A DNA stretch of 64,000 bases, taken from NCBI GenBank assembly GCA_964016885.1, contig OZ024741.1:397110001-397174000 (forward strand), given 5' to 3'. Origin of the DNA: Eledone cirrhosa. Its lineage: Eukaryota. The notes below the pieces were generated by a model that worked only from the letters and a program-made list of their open reading frames with translations, was not told where the DNA came from and did no database searches. Positions 15,112-27,900 of the stretch are shown in pieces. Both the position numbers and the translations under genes were made by a program. Positions within the stretch are counted from its first letter, which is position 1, and each line of letters opens with the position of its first letter.

Positions 15112-16357
15112 TATCTAATACTTTACCGATTTAAAATCCTTTTTCTCAAAGGCATATATATATATATATATATATTTCTTTAAAAATATACCCATCTTTC
15201 TACCTTATTTCAATGTTATTTATTATACATTATATAATACTAGTTATTCATTCTATATCATTCCTATTTATCACTTCCCCTTCTTCCTTTTTTCCTTTTT
15301 TCTTTTAATTTTTAACCTCTAATCTGTACCTTTTCTTCCTAGATACTTCTCAATTCTCATTATTACTCATCACAATATATCCACTCTTCTTCCATGATAT
15401 CACTGGCCATAAAACTTACTATTACTCTTTTAAATACTTTATAGTATCACCTTTAAAAATTCTTCGTAAACATAAACATTTTTTTTTACGTTAGATTATT
15501 CGTCCTCAATTCATTATTTTTCTCCCTTTCATGCTCGTCTAACTTTTACATATTACACATCACAAATACATAAAAACAAACTTAAACCCTAACTAATCTC
15601 CTTTATTACATTATATTATTACCATTAGGAAATACTTCATAAATATACATATTTTGATGTTAGAGTCTTCTCTTTCTTAAACACTATCTCCTTCTTTGCT
15701 TTCTGCGCTCATTTGTAAACAAACTATTTACATATATTACACATACATATTACATTACATAAAAACAAACTTAAACACTAACTAATTCCTCTAAATTCAT
15801 AATTCATCCACTCTTCTACTTCTTTTCGCATTATATCCTTAATAACATTAATATTTTTATTTTAATAATACATATCAACAATTTCTTTCCATCGCACATA
15901 TTATTAAACCCTTCAATATTCAAACCTTAATTTAATATTATTCTTAATACATATTAACAATTTCTTTTCATCGCACATATTATTAAACCCTTCAATATAC
16001 AAACCTTAATTTAACAGTATTCTTAATTTTTTCTCTTCATTAATTTTCAAATTCTTTTAATTTATATATTATCTTCCAACGGCTTTTTAACCTCTCTCTG
16101 TAAAACAATATATTTTTCTCAGTTATAAAGGCTATCTCTCTCTTTCCATGACCCATCTCTCCTCCTATCTCATCCTTCCTTATTATACTCCCCCCCCCCT
16201 CCATTCTTTACTCTCATCTCCTCCTCTTTTTCATCCTTTCCACCCCACCCCCCTCATTTTTTCCAAATATCACACATCAATCTTAAACTACTTTTCATAT
16301 GTTGATTTAAAACTGCACTATCCACAAGTGTTTTTTAACCTTCATATCATGTCTCCC

Positions 16358-16428
16358 TATTTTATCTGACGAAAACGCAAATGTCATCGCATGAGGATAT
16401 TTGTTTTTGAAATGCGCATAATAAAATA
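16358..16428 (+). ncRNA. Type I hammerhead ribozyme with palindromic stem III
   Basis: TATTTTAT CTGACGA [AAACGCAAATGTC..GATATTTGTTTTT] GAAA TGCGCA TA^ ATAAAATA; 8-bp stem I; predicted cut after 16420. Confidence 0.85.
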
Positions 16429-16456
16429 CATGGAACTCTTTTAACCATCTTTTGAT

Positions 16457-16503
<47 letters not shown>

Positions 16504-16925
16504 ATACTGGGGGGGGGGGGGTCATTTTGTGTAATATTGCCAGAATTAATAACAGAACACACTCACTGTTTGGTTGGTTTTCGCTTTTCGCTTCTGTGTC
16601 TTTTATATCGGTAATCTAATTTATTCGGTCCTCAATGTTGCCATTGACTGACCAGCGGTCAAAAATAATACAGATACAATATAGACACAAACACATATAT
16701 ATAGTTTATCAAAGTTCTTTCGTTGCACATCTGCAACACCGTCAATGGTGCTATTGTTTCCTCCCGTTACATTGTATGTTTACGCCATCTTTATTTAGTC
16801 TGTTTATATATTTATTTATTTATTTGTTTGTTTGTTTATTTTATTTTGTCTTCTTTCCCCAAGTATAACAATATTTGTTTCGTCACACGATTTCATATAA
16901 AAAACCTCGCAAAACTAATTCATCG

Positions 16926-17620
16926 ACATATATGTATACAGACGTACAGTAGTATGTATATATATATACATACATGCACACATATATATATGCATGTATG
17001 GATTCACCGAACATTTATTATAATGCTCGGTGTGTTTTTAAACAAACATCCCGATTTAAGCCGTAGTGTCTAGCAACCATCGTTGCTCGTTTGTTCAACC
17101 CTGACAAAGGAACGCTGTACATACATGCACACATATATATATGCATGTATGGATTCACAAACATCCCGATTTAAGCCGTAGTGTCTAGCAACCATCGTTG
17201 CTCGTTTGTTCAACCCTGACAAAGGAACGCTATACATACATGCACACATATATATATATGCATGTATGGATTCACCGAACATTTATTATAATGCTCGGTG
17301 TGTTTTTAAACAAACATCCCGATTTAAGCCGTAGTGTCTAGCAACCATCGTTGCTCGTTTGTTCAACACTGACAAAGGAACGCTGTACTAGTTTCAAGCT
17401 TATTAGCTATCGTCAGCAACGTATACCTTCCTGCCAGATTGTCAATGTTGAACAAACGAGCAACGATGCTTACTAGACACTACGGCTTAATACGGGGTAT
17501 TTGTTTACAAACACACCGAGCATTATAATAAATGTTCGGTGAATCCATACGTGCATATATATATGTGTGCATGTATGTATATATATATACATACTACTGT
17601 ACGTCTGTATACATATATGT
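16926..17620. repeat. Foldback structure: ~180-bp inverted arms with internal direct repeats
   Basis: 17439-17620 is the reverse complement of 16926-~17105. The ~78-bp segment ACAAACATCCCG...GGAACGCT occurs at about 17042, 17157 and 17310. Confidence 0.85.
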
Positions 17621-17639
17621 ATGTACGTGTACATACTTA

Positions 17640-17960
<321 letters not shown>

Positions 17961-18718
17961 TAAGTAAATATGTATGCTTGATACCGGAAGCGGAATTAAT
18001 TTTGATTTTAAAATAATTGTAGATTTGTAAATGGGGGGGGGGGGGGCTTGTAGATATGATCCAAGTCTAAACACGTTATTCATTTGCATTTCATAATACA
18101 GAGTGTATGTATATATATATATATATATAGTTAATAAATGAAACAAAACAAAACACGGGAGGCAAAACTACCCAGTTATATTATATATACATGTGTGTGT
18201 GTGTGTGTGCGTGTGTGTGTGTGTGTGCGCGCGCGTGTTTGTGTGTGAGTGCGTGTGCGTGTATATATATATATCCAGGGCGTGTATATATATATATATA
18301 TATATATACACACAAGATCATGAAGGCGGTTTTGTATAAATTTGGCATTGGTCCACTTTCTCACGATACATAAAGGATTCGTTTGGAAAAGTTTCATATT
18401 TCAACAAAACAAACTTGGCCATTAATACTTAGGCTTCGACTTGTCAAACACATAAAACAGCTACACTTAGTTTCATGCCAACATAGAAATGGGAAACTTT
18501 CAAAATATATAATGAAATATCTTAGGTGAATTCAGCCACCACCTATATACCACCTATATATATATATATGTGTGTGTATATATAATATAGAAAGGCTTCT
18601 ACAAGCACCTTCATTATAAAATATGTCACTCTGTTATATTGCAGCTTGTTCCGTCACCCTAGATTGCAGGTTGAGTCACGAATAAGGACGAAATAGAAAC
18701 AAAAGACTTCAGGGCTTC

Positions 18719-18773
18719 AGGGCTTCCTGATGATTTCTATCGAATAAAACAGTTCTAGTCCCGTAGAAGCCTT
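18719..18773 (+). ncRNA. Degenerate type I hammerhead (core GAAA mutated to AAAA)
   Basis: AGGGCTTC CTGATGA tttctatcgaat AAAA CAG..CCG TA GAAGCCTT; homologous to 19111-19159. Confidence 0.6.
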
Positions 18774-18856
18774 TCTACATTAAATATTTATACTCTGCTT
18801 TGTATTGAGTACCTTACTTACTGTGGTTACCCCCGATTGAATCCGATATATATATA

Positions 18857-18957
18857 CAGGGTGCCCCCAAAAATGTATACACACTTCAATAGCATTCTAA
18901 TGAATATTGCCTGTACAGGTAATCAAAGTGTGTATACATTTTTGTGGGGACACCTAG
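18857..18957. mobile_element. Tc1/mariner-type MITE, ~100 bp
   Basis: Imperfect TIRs CAGGGTGCCCCCAAAAATGTATACACACTT and AAGTGTGTATACATTTTTGTGGGGACACCTAG, flanked by TA. Confidence 0.8.
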
Positions 18958-19110
18958 TATATATATATATATATATATATACGTTATTCCGGGTTGAATC
19001 GGAGGTAACCACAGTAAGTAAGGTACTCAATACATTGCAGAGTATAAAAGTTTTAATATAGATGAGATTCTACAGGACTAGAACTGTTTCATTCTTTAGA
19101 AATCATCAGG

Positions 19111-19159
19111 GATTCCTGATGATTTCTAAAGAATGAAACAGTTCTAGTGCTGTAGAATC
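19111..19159 (+). ncRNA. Type I hammerhead ribozyme inside a 130-bp palindrome
   Basis: GATTC CTGATGA tTTCtaaaGAAt GAAA CAG ttctagtg CTG TA^ GAATC; GUA triplet; predicted cut after 19154. Confidence 0.8.
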
Positions 19160-19174
19160 TCATCTATATTAAAA

Positions 19175-19211
<37 letters not shown>

Positions 19212-19227
19212 TTGAAACTTCTTGGGT

Positions 19228-19303
<76 letters not shown>

Positions 19304-19479
19304 AAAATGAAAACGGAAACAACACAGTAAACAGCACAGTACAATGAAGAAATATATTAGTTTAACACTTAATATAGTAGAAAACGAGTCTTTCTGTTCA
19401 TCAGAAAACAGAATCAGAAATAAAAGAAGAACTAGAAAGATAGGTAGCAAGAAAAGCAATGAATAAACCAAAGTACACA

Positions 19480-19625
19480 GCAATAGTCAGGCAAGCAATT
19501 GGCAGTCGTTTGAATGTCGGGTAGAATGTTTTGTGGTATTTGTTCCGGCTCTCTGATCTCTTTGCCTTTCATCCTTTCGAGGTCGATAAAGAAAGTACCC
19601 TCTAGTACTGGGGTCGATTCTCCTT
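19480..19625 (+). mobile_element. Degenerate SINE copy of the first family
   Basis: CTTTGCCTTTCATCCTTTCGAGGTCGATAAAGAAAGTACC..GTACTGGGGTCGAT body. Confidence 0.65.
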
Positions 19626-19902
19626 CTATATAACTTTCCCATTTCTTTTCTCTCACTATCGATCTTTCTCTGAAGAGGGATGGGCTCTGTCAGGCTTCTG
19701 TTCCGTCACCATGCCACCCGAGATTGCAGGTTGAGTCACGAATAAAGACGAAATAGAAACAAAAGACTTTTATGTTGTTTGTTTTATGGCTACAAGGAAG
19801 AATGAGATCAGTGGTTGTGGTCATTTGTAGGGCCTCAAATATAGGAGTGGGGTAGAGAGGAAGACAATGCATAAGAAACGCCGTATTTTAATACGGTGCC
19901 CC

Positions 19903-20144
19903 TACGACACTATTAGAAGTTAAGGGACCATACACAACAAAGTCATAGACGTATTACTTTCTCATATAGGAACCATTCCACCAGAATACCTGTACATCAA
20001 ACGGACTTTTGAAGATATCGTGTCCCTGTTTACTGAGGAAAGTCTTCTGATTTAAGATCATACTTCTCTGTAAAGTCTTTACCTCGCGAATACTTCTTCA
20101 GATGTCTAACGGAGTAAGTCACTGGGAGCCAAATCAGGGTTGTA
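19903..20144 (-). pseudogene. mariner transposase relic, C-terminal part
   Basis: Minus strand from 20144 reads YNPDLAPSD (mariner YSPDLAPxD motif), then frameshifted RHLKKYSRGKDF..FLSKQGHDIFKSPF..WW. Distal boundary is approximate. Confidence 0.8.
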
Positions 20145-20456
20145 TCTAAACTATAATAAAGTAAGGAGTGCGGGACTGCGTCCAGAATATATATTTTTTA
20201 TCCCGTTTGTAAAATAAGTTGGATTACTTTGAATAAATAATAAATGAATATTACAAAATTTATCTACTAAATTTCGTTATTCTTGATTAAATATAAATAA
20301 TTTTGTTGCTTATTTTAAGATTCACCTCTTTAAAATTTTCAAATGTCAACACTTCCGGTTAGCGATCGCTTAAATAAACATTCATATATTTCCGTCACTA
20401 ATTTTCTCCTAATGCAGTTTATATATAATATCGTCTTTTTTTTTATGTATCATGGA

Positions 20457-21368
20457 CTAGCAGTAAAGCCCGGCGTTGCTCGGGGTCGCTCAGTAGCTGT
20501 GTTAAAGTTACAATGTTAAGTTTCTTTCTTGGCTTAAAAACTGTAGTGTCTACTGTGCAGACTTGCATGTGGTGTTTTTGATTAATATTCCCTCAACCAA
20601 CAATATGCCTTATGAAGTTAAGAAAACATAACGATAACCCGAATGTTATAACAAAAGAGGATGCTGGGGATAAAAACTGCACTGGTTATTTATTAACAAA
20701 GATCGAAAATGTAAACACTGCAACGCAGAGAAAAACATTAGCGTAACCAAATTATCAGTTATGTCTGTCTGCACGCCTATATCACCTCTCTGCACGACTG
20801 TCTGTCTGCACGCCTATATCACCTCTCTGCACGACTGTCTGTCTGCACGCCTATATCACCTCTCTGCACGACTGTCTGTCTGCACGCGTATATCACCTCT
20901 CTGCACGACTATCTGTCTGCACGACTGTCTGTCTGCACGCCTAACGACGAAATATTTGCTTGTTTTACGTAGTCTTTAAATAGACTTGTTTTCAAGTAAA
21001 AATATTGTTTTAAAATGCTTTTAAATGGAAATGAAGCAAAACGGAAGCTTAGTGTTCGAACTGATGAATTTTGCAGGTCAATATTTTGCTGGCTCGACAA
21101 CTGTTAAAGCCAGCGTAATTTTTTACGTAAGACGCTCAATGTAAACAGAACAAAGGGAAATAACTGATCACTTACGCTCAAAAATCGATACATTATATTC
21201 GATTTCGTCAGATAGGGTGGGTCAATTTGAAATTTTTTTTCCGATGTCTTCGCTAGGGCTCAATGTACAAGTATAGCAATTTCGGTGCAATTCCGTGAGA
21301 GATTCTAAGAGGAGATGTGTGCCAAAAATCGATAGACAGACAGACAACCACAGTTTTATATATATAGA
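20457..21368 (-). mobile_element. Non-autonomous Helitron (inner, nested)
   Basis: Minus strand A|TCTATATATATAAAACTG at 21368; hairpin CCCGAGCAACGCCGGG then CTAG|T at 20457; no TSD. Confidence 0.85.
20762..20943. repeat. 37-bp minisatellite (about 4.5 units) inside the inner Helitron
   Basis: Unit TGTCTGTCTGCACGCCTATATCACCTCTCTGCACGAC. Confidence 0.92.
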
Positions 21369-21546
21369 TTACGTTACTGATTACATAAGACAGTGTAACA
21401 CAGTCTTCGTTCAATTACTGTGGATATTGTCAATTACGATTTTATTTGATGTATCATATCTACATGTATATTTACTTGCGTATAATATGAATATGTACAC
21501 TACACATGAGAGCAGCAAAACCACCCGAGGGTGGTTTTGCTGCTAG

Positions 21547-21930
21547 TGGGGATAATGTTTGATCAACTCCAAGTCGACATCATGAATTCGTTCCATTGTT
21601 CACTCTTGTGAATTGGTGAGTTGTCTTGCAGAAGGCAGATTGGAACATTTCTCTTCCTCCTCCTGGGGTTTCTGCATTCTTCAATTATGTCAAAGTAATA
21701 ATTAAAATTTAGTGAGATACCTCATCACCAACAAAGAAGTTCGTCACCATCCCCCACCCCCACCCACCCCCAAGTCATGTAGAAGCGTCGACTTAACTGG
21801 TTGGGACAGGTCACATGATTCCCAAGTGAGAAATATGCTAATCGGGTCTTGTATTGGTATTCCTCCATGGAAAGCGGCGAAGAGGAAGTCCTAAGAGGAA
21901 CATGGGCAGTCAATCAACAGAGAACTAAAA
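21547..21930 (-). pseudogene. mariner transposase relic, central catalytic part
   Basis: 21721 down to 21563 translates GISLNFNYYFDIIEECRNPRRRKRNVPICLLQDNSPIHKSEQ, resembling mariner G.TIN..YY...LL(H/Q)DNA..H, then LELIKH in a shifted frame. Similarity above 21721 is weak. Confidence 0.72.
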
Positions 21931-21960
21931 CCCATCAACAAAGGTTGATACGATGTATTG

Positions 21961-24900
21961 ATAGATGTAACTGACCGTGGTCATTGGAGCACTTTGGTTG
22001 CCTCATGTGTCTCAAGACATAGATGTAACTGACTGTGGTCATTGGAGCACTTTGGCTGCCTCATGTGTCTCAAGACATAGATGTAACTGACTGTGGTCAT
22101 TGGAGCACTTTGGCTGCCTCATGTGTCTCAAGACATAGATGTAACTGACTGTGGTCATTGGAGCACTTTGGCTGCCTCATGTGTCTCAAGACATAGATGT
22201 AACTGACCGTGGTCATTGGAGCACTTTGGCTGCCTCATGTGTCTCAAGACATAGATGTAACTGACTGTGGTCATTGGAGCATTTTGGCTGCCTCATGTGT
22301 CTCAAGACATAGATGTAACTGACCGTGGTCATTAGAGCACCTTGGCTGCCTCATGTGTCTCAAGACATAGATGTAACTGACTGTGGTCATTGGAGCACTT
22401 TGGCTGCCTCATGGTTCTCAAGACATAGATGTAACTAACCGTGGTCATTGGAGCACTTTGGCTGCCTCATGTGTCTCAAGACATAGATGTAACTGACCGT
22501 GGTCATTAGAGCACTTTGGCTGCCTCGTGTGTCTCAAGACATAGATGTAACTGACAGTGGTCATTGGAGCACTTTGGCTGCCTCATGTGTTTCAAGACAT
22601 AGATGTAACTGACTGTGGTCATTGGAGCACTTTGGCTGCCTCATGTGTCTCAAGACATAGATGTAACTGACTGTGGTCATTGGAGCACTTTGGCTGCCTC
22701 ATGTGTCTCAAGACATAGATGTAACTGACCGTGGTCATTGGAGCACTTTGGCTGCCTCATGTGTCTCAAGACATAGATGTAACTAACCGTGGTCATTGGA
22801 GCACTTTGGCTGCCTCATGTGTCTCAAGACATAGATGTAACTGACCGTGGTCATTGGAGCACTTTGGCTGCCTCGTGTGTCTCAAGACATAGATGTAACT
22901 GACAGTGGTCATTGGAGCACTTTGGCTGCCTCATGTGTCTCAAGACATAGATGTAACTGACTGTGGTCATTGGAGCACTTTGGCTGCCTCAGGTGTCTCA
23001 AGACATAGATGTAACTGACCGTGGTCATTGGAGCACTTTGGCTGCCTCATGTGTCTCAAGACATAGATATAACTGACCGTGGTCATTAGAGCACTTTGGC
23101 TGCCTCATGTGTCTCAAGACATAGATGTAACTGACCGTGGTCATTAGAGCACTTTGGCTGCCTGATGTGTCTCAAGACATAGATGTAACTGACTGTGGTC
23201 ATTGGAGCACTTTGGCTGCCTCATGTGTCTCGAGACATAGATGTATCTGACAGTGGTCATTGGAGCACTTTGGCTGCTCCATGTGTCTCAAGACATAGAT
23301 GTAACTGACGTGGTCATTAGAGCACTTTGGCTGCCTCATGTGTCTCAAGACAGATGTAACTGACCGTGGTCATTAGAGCACTTTGGCTGCCTCATGTGTC
23401 TCAAGACATAGATGTAACTGACCGTGGTCATTGGAGCACTTTGGCTGCCTCATGTGTCTCAAGACATAGATATAACTGACGTGGTCATTGGAGCACTTTG
23501 GCTGCCTCATGTGTCTCAAGACATAGATGTAACTGACTGTGGTCATTGGAGCACTTTGGCTGCCTCATGTGTCTCAAGACATAGATGTAAATGACCGTGG
23601 TCATTGGAGCACTTTGGCTGCCTCATGTATCTCAAGACATAGATGTAACTGACCGTGGTCATTAGAGCACTTTGGCTGCCTCGTGTGTCTCAAGACATAG
23701 ATGTAACTGACAGTGGTCATTGGAGCACTTTGGCTGCCTCATGTGTCTCAAGACATAGATGTAACTAACCGTGGTCATTGGAGCACTTTGGCTGCCTCAT
23801 GTGTCTCAAGACATAGATGTAACTGACCGTGGTCATTAGAGCACTTTGGCTGCCTCGTGTGTCTCAAGACATAGATGTAACTGACAGTGGTCATTGGAGC
23901 ACTTTGGCTGCCTTATGTGTCTCAAGACATAGATGTAACTGACTGTGGTCATTGGAGCACTTTGGCTGCCTCATGTGTCTCAAGACATAGATGTAAATGA
24001 CCGTGGTCATTGGAGCACTTTGGCTGCCTCATGTGTCTCAAGACATAGATATAACTGACCGTGGTCATTAGAGCACTTTGGCTGCCTCATGTGTCTCAAG
24101 ACATAGATGTAACTGACCGTGGTCATTAGAGCACTTTGGCTGCCTGATGTGTCTCAAGACATAGATGTAACTGACTGTGGTCATTGGAGCACTTTGGCTG
24201 CCTCATGTGTCTCAAGACATAGATGTAACTGACCGTGGTCATTGGAGCACTTTGGCTGCCTCATGTGTCTCAAGACATAGATGTAACTGACCGTGGTCAT
24301 TAGAGCACTTTGGCTGCCTCATGTATCTCAAGACATAGATGTAACTGACCGTGGTCATTGGAGCACTTTGGATGCCTCATGTGTCTCAAGACATAGATGT
24401 AACTGACTGTGGTCATTGGAGCACTTTGGCTGCCTCATGTGTCTCAAGACATAAATGTAACTGACTGTGGTCATTGGAGCACTTTGGCTGCCTCATGTGT
24501 CTCAAGACATAGATATAACTGACCGTGGTCATTGGAGCACTTTGGCTGCCTCATGTGTCTCAAGACATAGATGTAACTGACCGTGGTCATTAGAGCACTT
24601 TGGCTGCCTCATGTGTCTCAAGACATAGATGTAACTGACCGTGGTCATTGGAGCACTTTGGCTGCCTCATGTGTCTCAAGACATAGATGTAACTGACTGT
24701 GGTCATTGGAGCACTTTGGCTGCCTCATGTGTCTCAAGACATAGATGTAACTGACCGTGGTCATTGGAGCACTTTGGCTGCCTCATGTGTCTCAAGACAT
24801 AGATGTAACTGACCGTGGTCATTGGAGCACTTTGGCTGCCTCATGTGTCTCAAGACATAGATGTAACTGACCGTGGTCATTGGAGCACTTTGGCTGCCTC

Positions 24901-27900
24901 ATGTGTCTCAAGACATAGCTGTAACTGACCGTGGTCATTGGAGCACTTTGGCTGCCTCATGTGTCTCAAGACATAGATGTAACTGACTGTGGTCATTGGA
25001 GCACTTTGGCTGCCTCATGTGTCTCAAGACATAGATGTAACTGACCGTGGTCATTGGAGCACTTTGGCTGCCTCATGTGTCTCAAGACATAGATGTAACT
25101 GACCGTGGTCATTGGAGCACTTTGGCTGCCTCATGTGTCTCAAGACATAGATGTAACTAACTGTGGTCATTGGAGCACTTTGGCTGCCTCATATGTCTCA
25201 AGACATAGATGTAACTGACCGTGGTCATTGGAGGACTTTGGCTGCCTCATGTGTCTCAAGACATAGATGTAACTGACCGTGGTCATTGGAGCACTTTGGC
25301 TGCCTCATGTGTCTCAAGACATAGATGTAACTGACCGTGGTCATTGGAGCACTTTGGCTGCCTCATGTGTCTCAAGACATAGATATAACTGACGTGGTCA
25401 TTGGAGCACTTTGGCTGCCTCATGTGTCTCAAGACATAGATATAACTGACGTGGTCATTTGGCTGCCTCATGTGTCTCAAGACATAGATATAACTGACGT
25501 GGTCATTGGAGCACTTTGGCTGCCTCATGTGTCTCAAGACATAGATGTAACTGACTGTGGTCATTGGAGCACTTTGTCTGCCTCATGTGTCTCAAGACAT
25601 AGATGTAAATGACCGTGGTCATTGGAGCACTTTGGCTGCCTCATGTGTCTCAAGACATAGATGTAACTGACCGTGGTCATTAGAGCACTTTGGCTGCCTC
25701 ATGTGTCTCAAGACATATATGTAACTGACCGTGGTCATTGGAGCACTTTGGCTGCCTCATGTGTCTCAAGACATAGATATAACTGACGTGGTCATTGGAG
25801 CACTTTGGCTGCCTCGTGTGTCTCAAGACATAGATGTAACTGACCGTGGTCATTAGAGCACTTTGGCTGCCTCATGTGTCTCAAGACATAGATGTAACTG
25901 ACCGTGGTCATTAGAGCACTTTGGCTGCCTCATGTGTCTTAAGACATAGATGTAACTGACGTGGTCATTGGATCACTTTGGCTGCCTCATGTGTCTCAAG
26001 ACATAGATGTAACTGACAGTGGTCATTGGAGCACTTTGGCTGCCTCATGTGTCTCAAGACATAGATGTAACTGACCGTGGTCATTAGAGCACTTTGGCTG
26101 CCTCATGTGTCTTAAGACATAGATGTAACTGACCGTGGTCATTGGAGCACTTTGGCTGCTCCATGTGTCTCAAGACATAGATGTAACTGACGTGGTCATT
26201 AGAGCACTTTGGCTGCCTCATGTGTCTCAAGACATAGATGTAACTGACCGTGGTCATTAGAGCACTTTGGCTGCCTCATGTGTCTCAAGACATAGATGTA
26301 ACTGACCGTGGTCATTGGAGCACTTTGGCTGCCTCATGTGTCTCAAGACATAGATATAACTGACGTGGTCATTGGAGCACTTTGGCTGCCTCATGTGTCT
26401 CAAGACATAGATGTGACTGACTGTGGTCATTGGAGCACTTTGGCTGCCTCATGTGTCTCAAGACATAGATATAACTGACGTGGTCATTGGAGCACTTTGG
26501 CTGCCTCATGTGTCTCAAGACATAGATGTAACTGACTGTGGTCATTGGAGCACTTTGTCTGCCTCATGTGTCTCAAGACATAGATGTAAATGACCGTGGT
26601 CATTGGAGCACTTTGGCTGCCTCATGTGTCTCAAGACATAGATGTAACTGACCGTGGTCATTAGAGCACTTTGGCTGCCTCATGTGTCTCAAGACATATA
26701 TGTAACTGACCGTGGTCATTGGAGCACTTTGGCTGCCTCATGTGTCTCAAGACAGATATAACTGACGTGGTCATTGGAGCACTTTGGCTGCCTCATGTGT
26801 CTCAAGACATAGATCTAACTGACTGTGGTCATTGGAGCACTTTGGCTGCCTCATGTGTCTCAAGACATAGATGTAACTGACCGTGGTCATTGGAGCACTT
26901 TGGCTGCCTCATATGTCTCAAGACATAGATATAACTGACGTGGTCATTGGAGCACTTTGGCTGCCTCGTGTGTCTCAAGACATAGATGTAACTGACCGTG
27001 GTCATTAGAGCACTTTGGCTGCCTCATGTGTCTCAAGACATAGATGTAACTGACCGTGGTCATTAGAGCACTTTGGCTGCCTCATGTGTCTTAAGACATA
27101 GATGTAACTGACGTGGTCATTGGATCACTTTGGCTGCCTCATGTGTCTCAAGACATAGATGTAACTGACAGTGGTCATTGGAGCACTTTGGCTGCCTCAT
27201 GTGTCTCAAGACATAGATATAACTGACCGTGGTCATTAGAGCACTTTGGCTGCCTCATGTGTCTCAAGACATAGATGTAACTGACCGTGGTCATTGGAGC
27301 ACTTTGGCTGCCTCATGTGTCTCAAGACATAGATGTAACTGACCGTGGTCATTGGAACACTTTGGCTGCCTCATGTGTCTCAAGACATAGATGTCACTGA
27401 CCGTGGTCATTAGAGCACTTTGGCTGCCTCATGTGTCTCAAGACATAGATGTAACTGACCGTGGTCATTGGAGCACTTTGGCTGCCTCATGTGTCTCAAG
27501 ACATAGATGTAACTGACCGTGGTCATTATAGCACTTTGGGTGCCTCATGTGTCTCAAGACATAGATGTAACTGACCGTGGTCATTAGAGCACTTTGGCTG
27601 CCTCATGTGTCTCAAGACATAGATGTAACTGACCGGGGTCATTGGAGCACTTTGGCTGCTCCATGTGTCTCAAGACATAGATGTAACTGACGTGGTCATT
27701 AGAGCACTTTGGCTGCCTCATGTGTCTCAAGACATAGATGTAACTGACCGTGGTCATTAGAGCACTTTGGCTGCCTCATGTGTCTCAAGACATAGATGTA
27801 ACTGACCGTGGTCATTGGAGCACTTTGGCTGCCTCATGTGTCTCAAGACATAGATATAACTGACGTGGTCATTGGAGCACTTTGGCTGCCTCATGTGTCT

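Larger units (their letters stand above)
14587..16458 (+). mobile_element. Penelope-like element, 5'-truncated: GIY-YIG endonuclease, long AT-rich 3' region and terminal hammerhead
   Basis: GIY-YIG ORF followed about 1.25 kb later by a hammerhead; a partial opposite-strand hammerhead at 14682-14710; flanked by (TA)n. Boundaries are approximate. Confidence 0.75.
20145..21546 (+). mobile_element. Non-autonomous Helitron (outer), inserted into the mariner relic
   Basis: A|TCTAAACTATAATAAAG 5' end; 3' 16-bp hairpin AGCAGCAAAACCACCC-GA-GGGTGGTTTTGCTGCT running into CTAG|T. Removing it rejoins the mariner motif. Confidence 0.82.
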
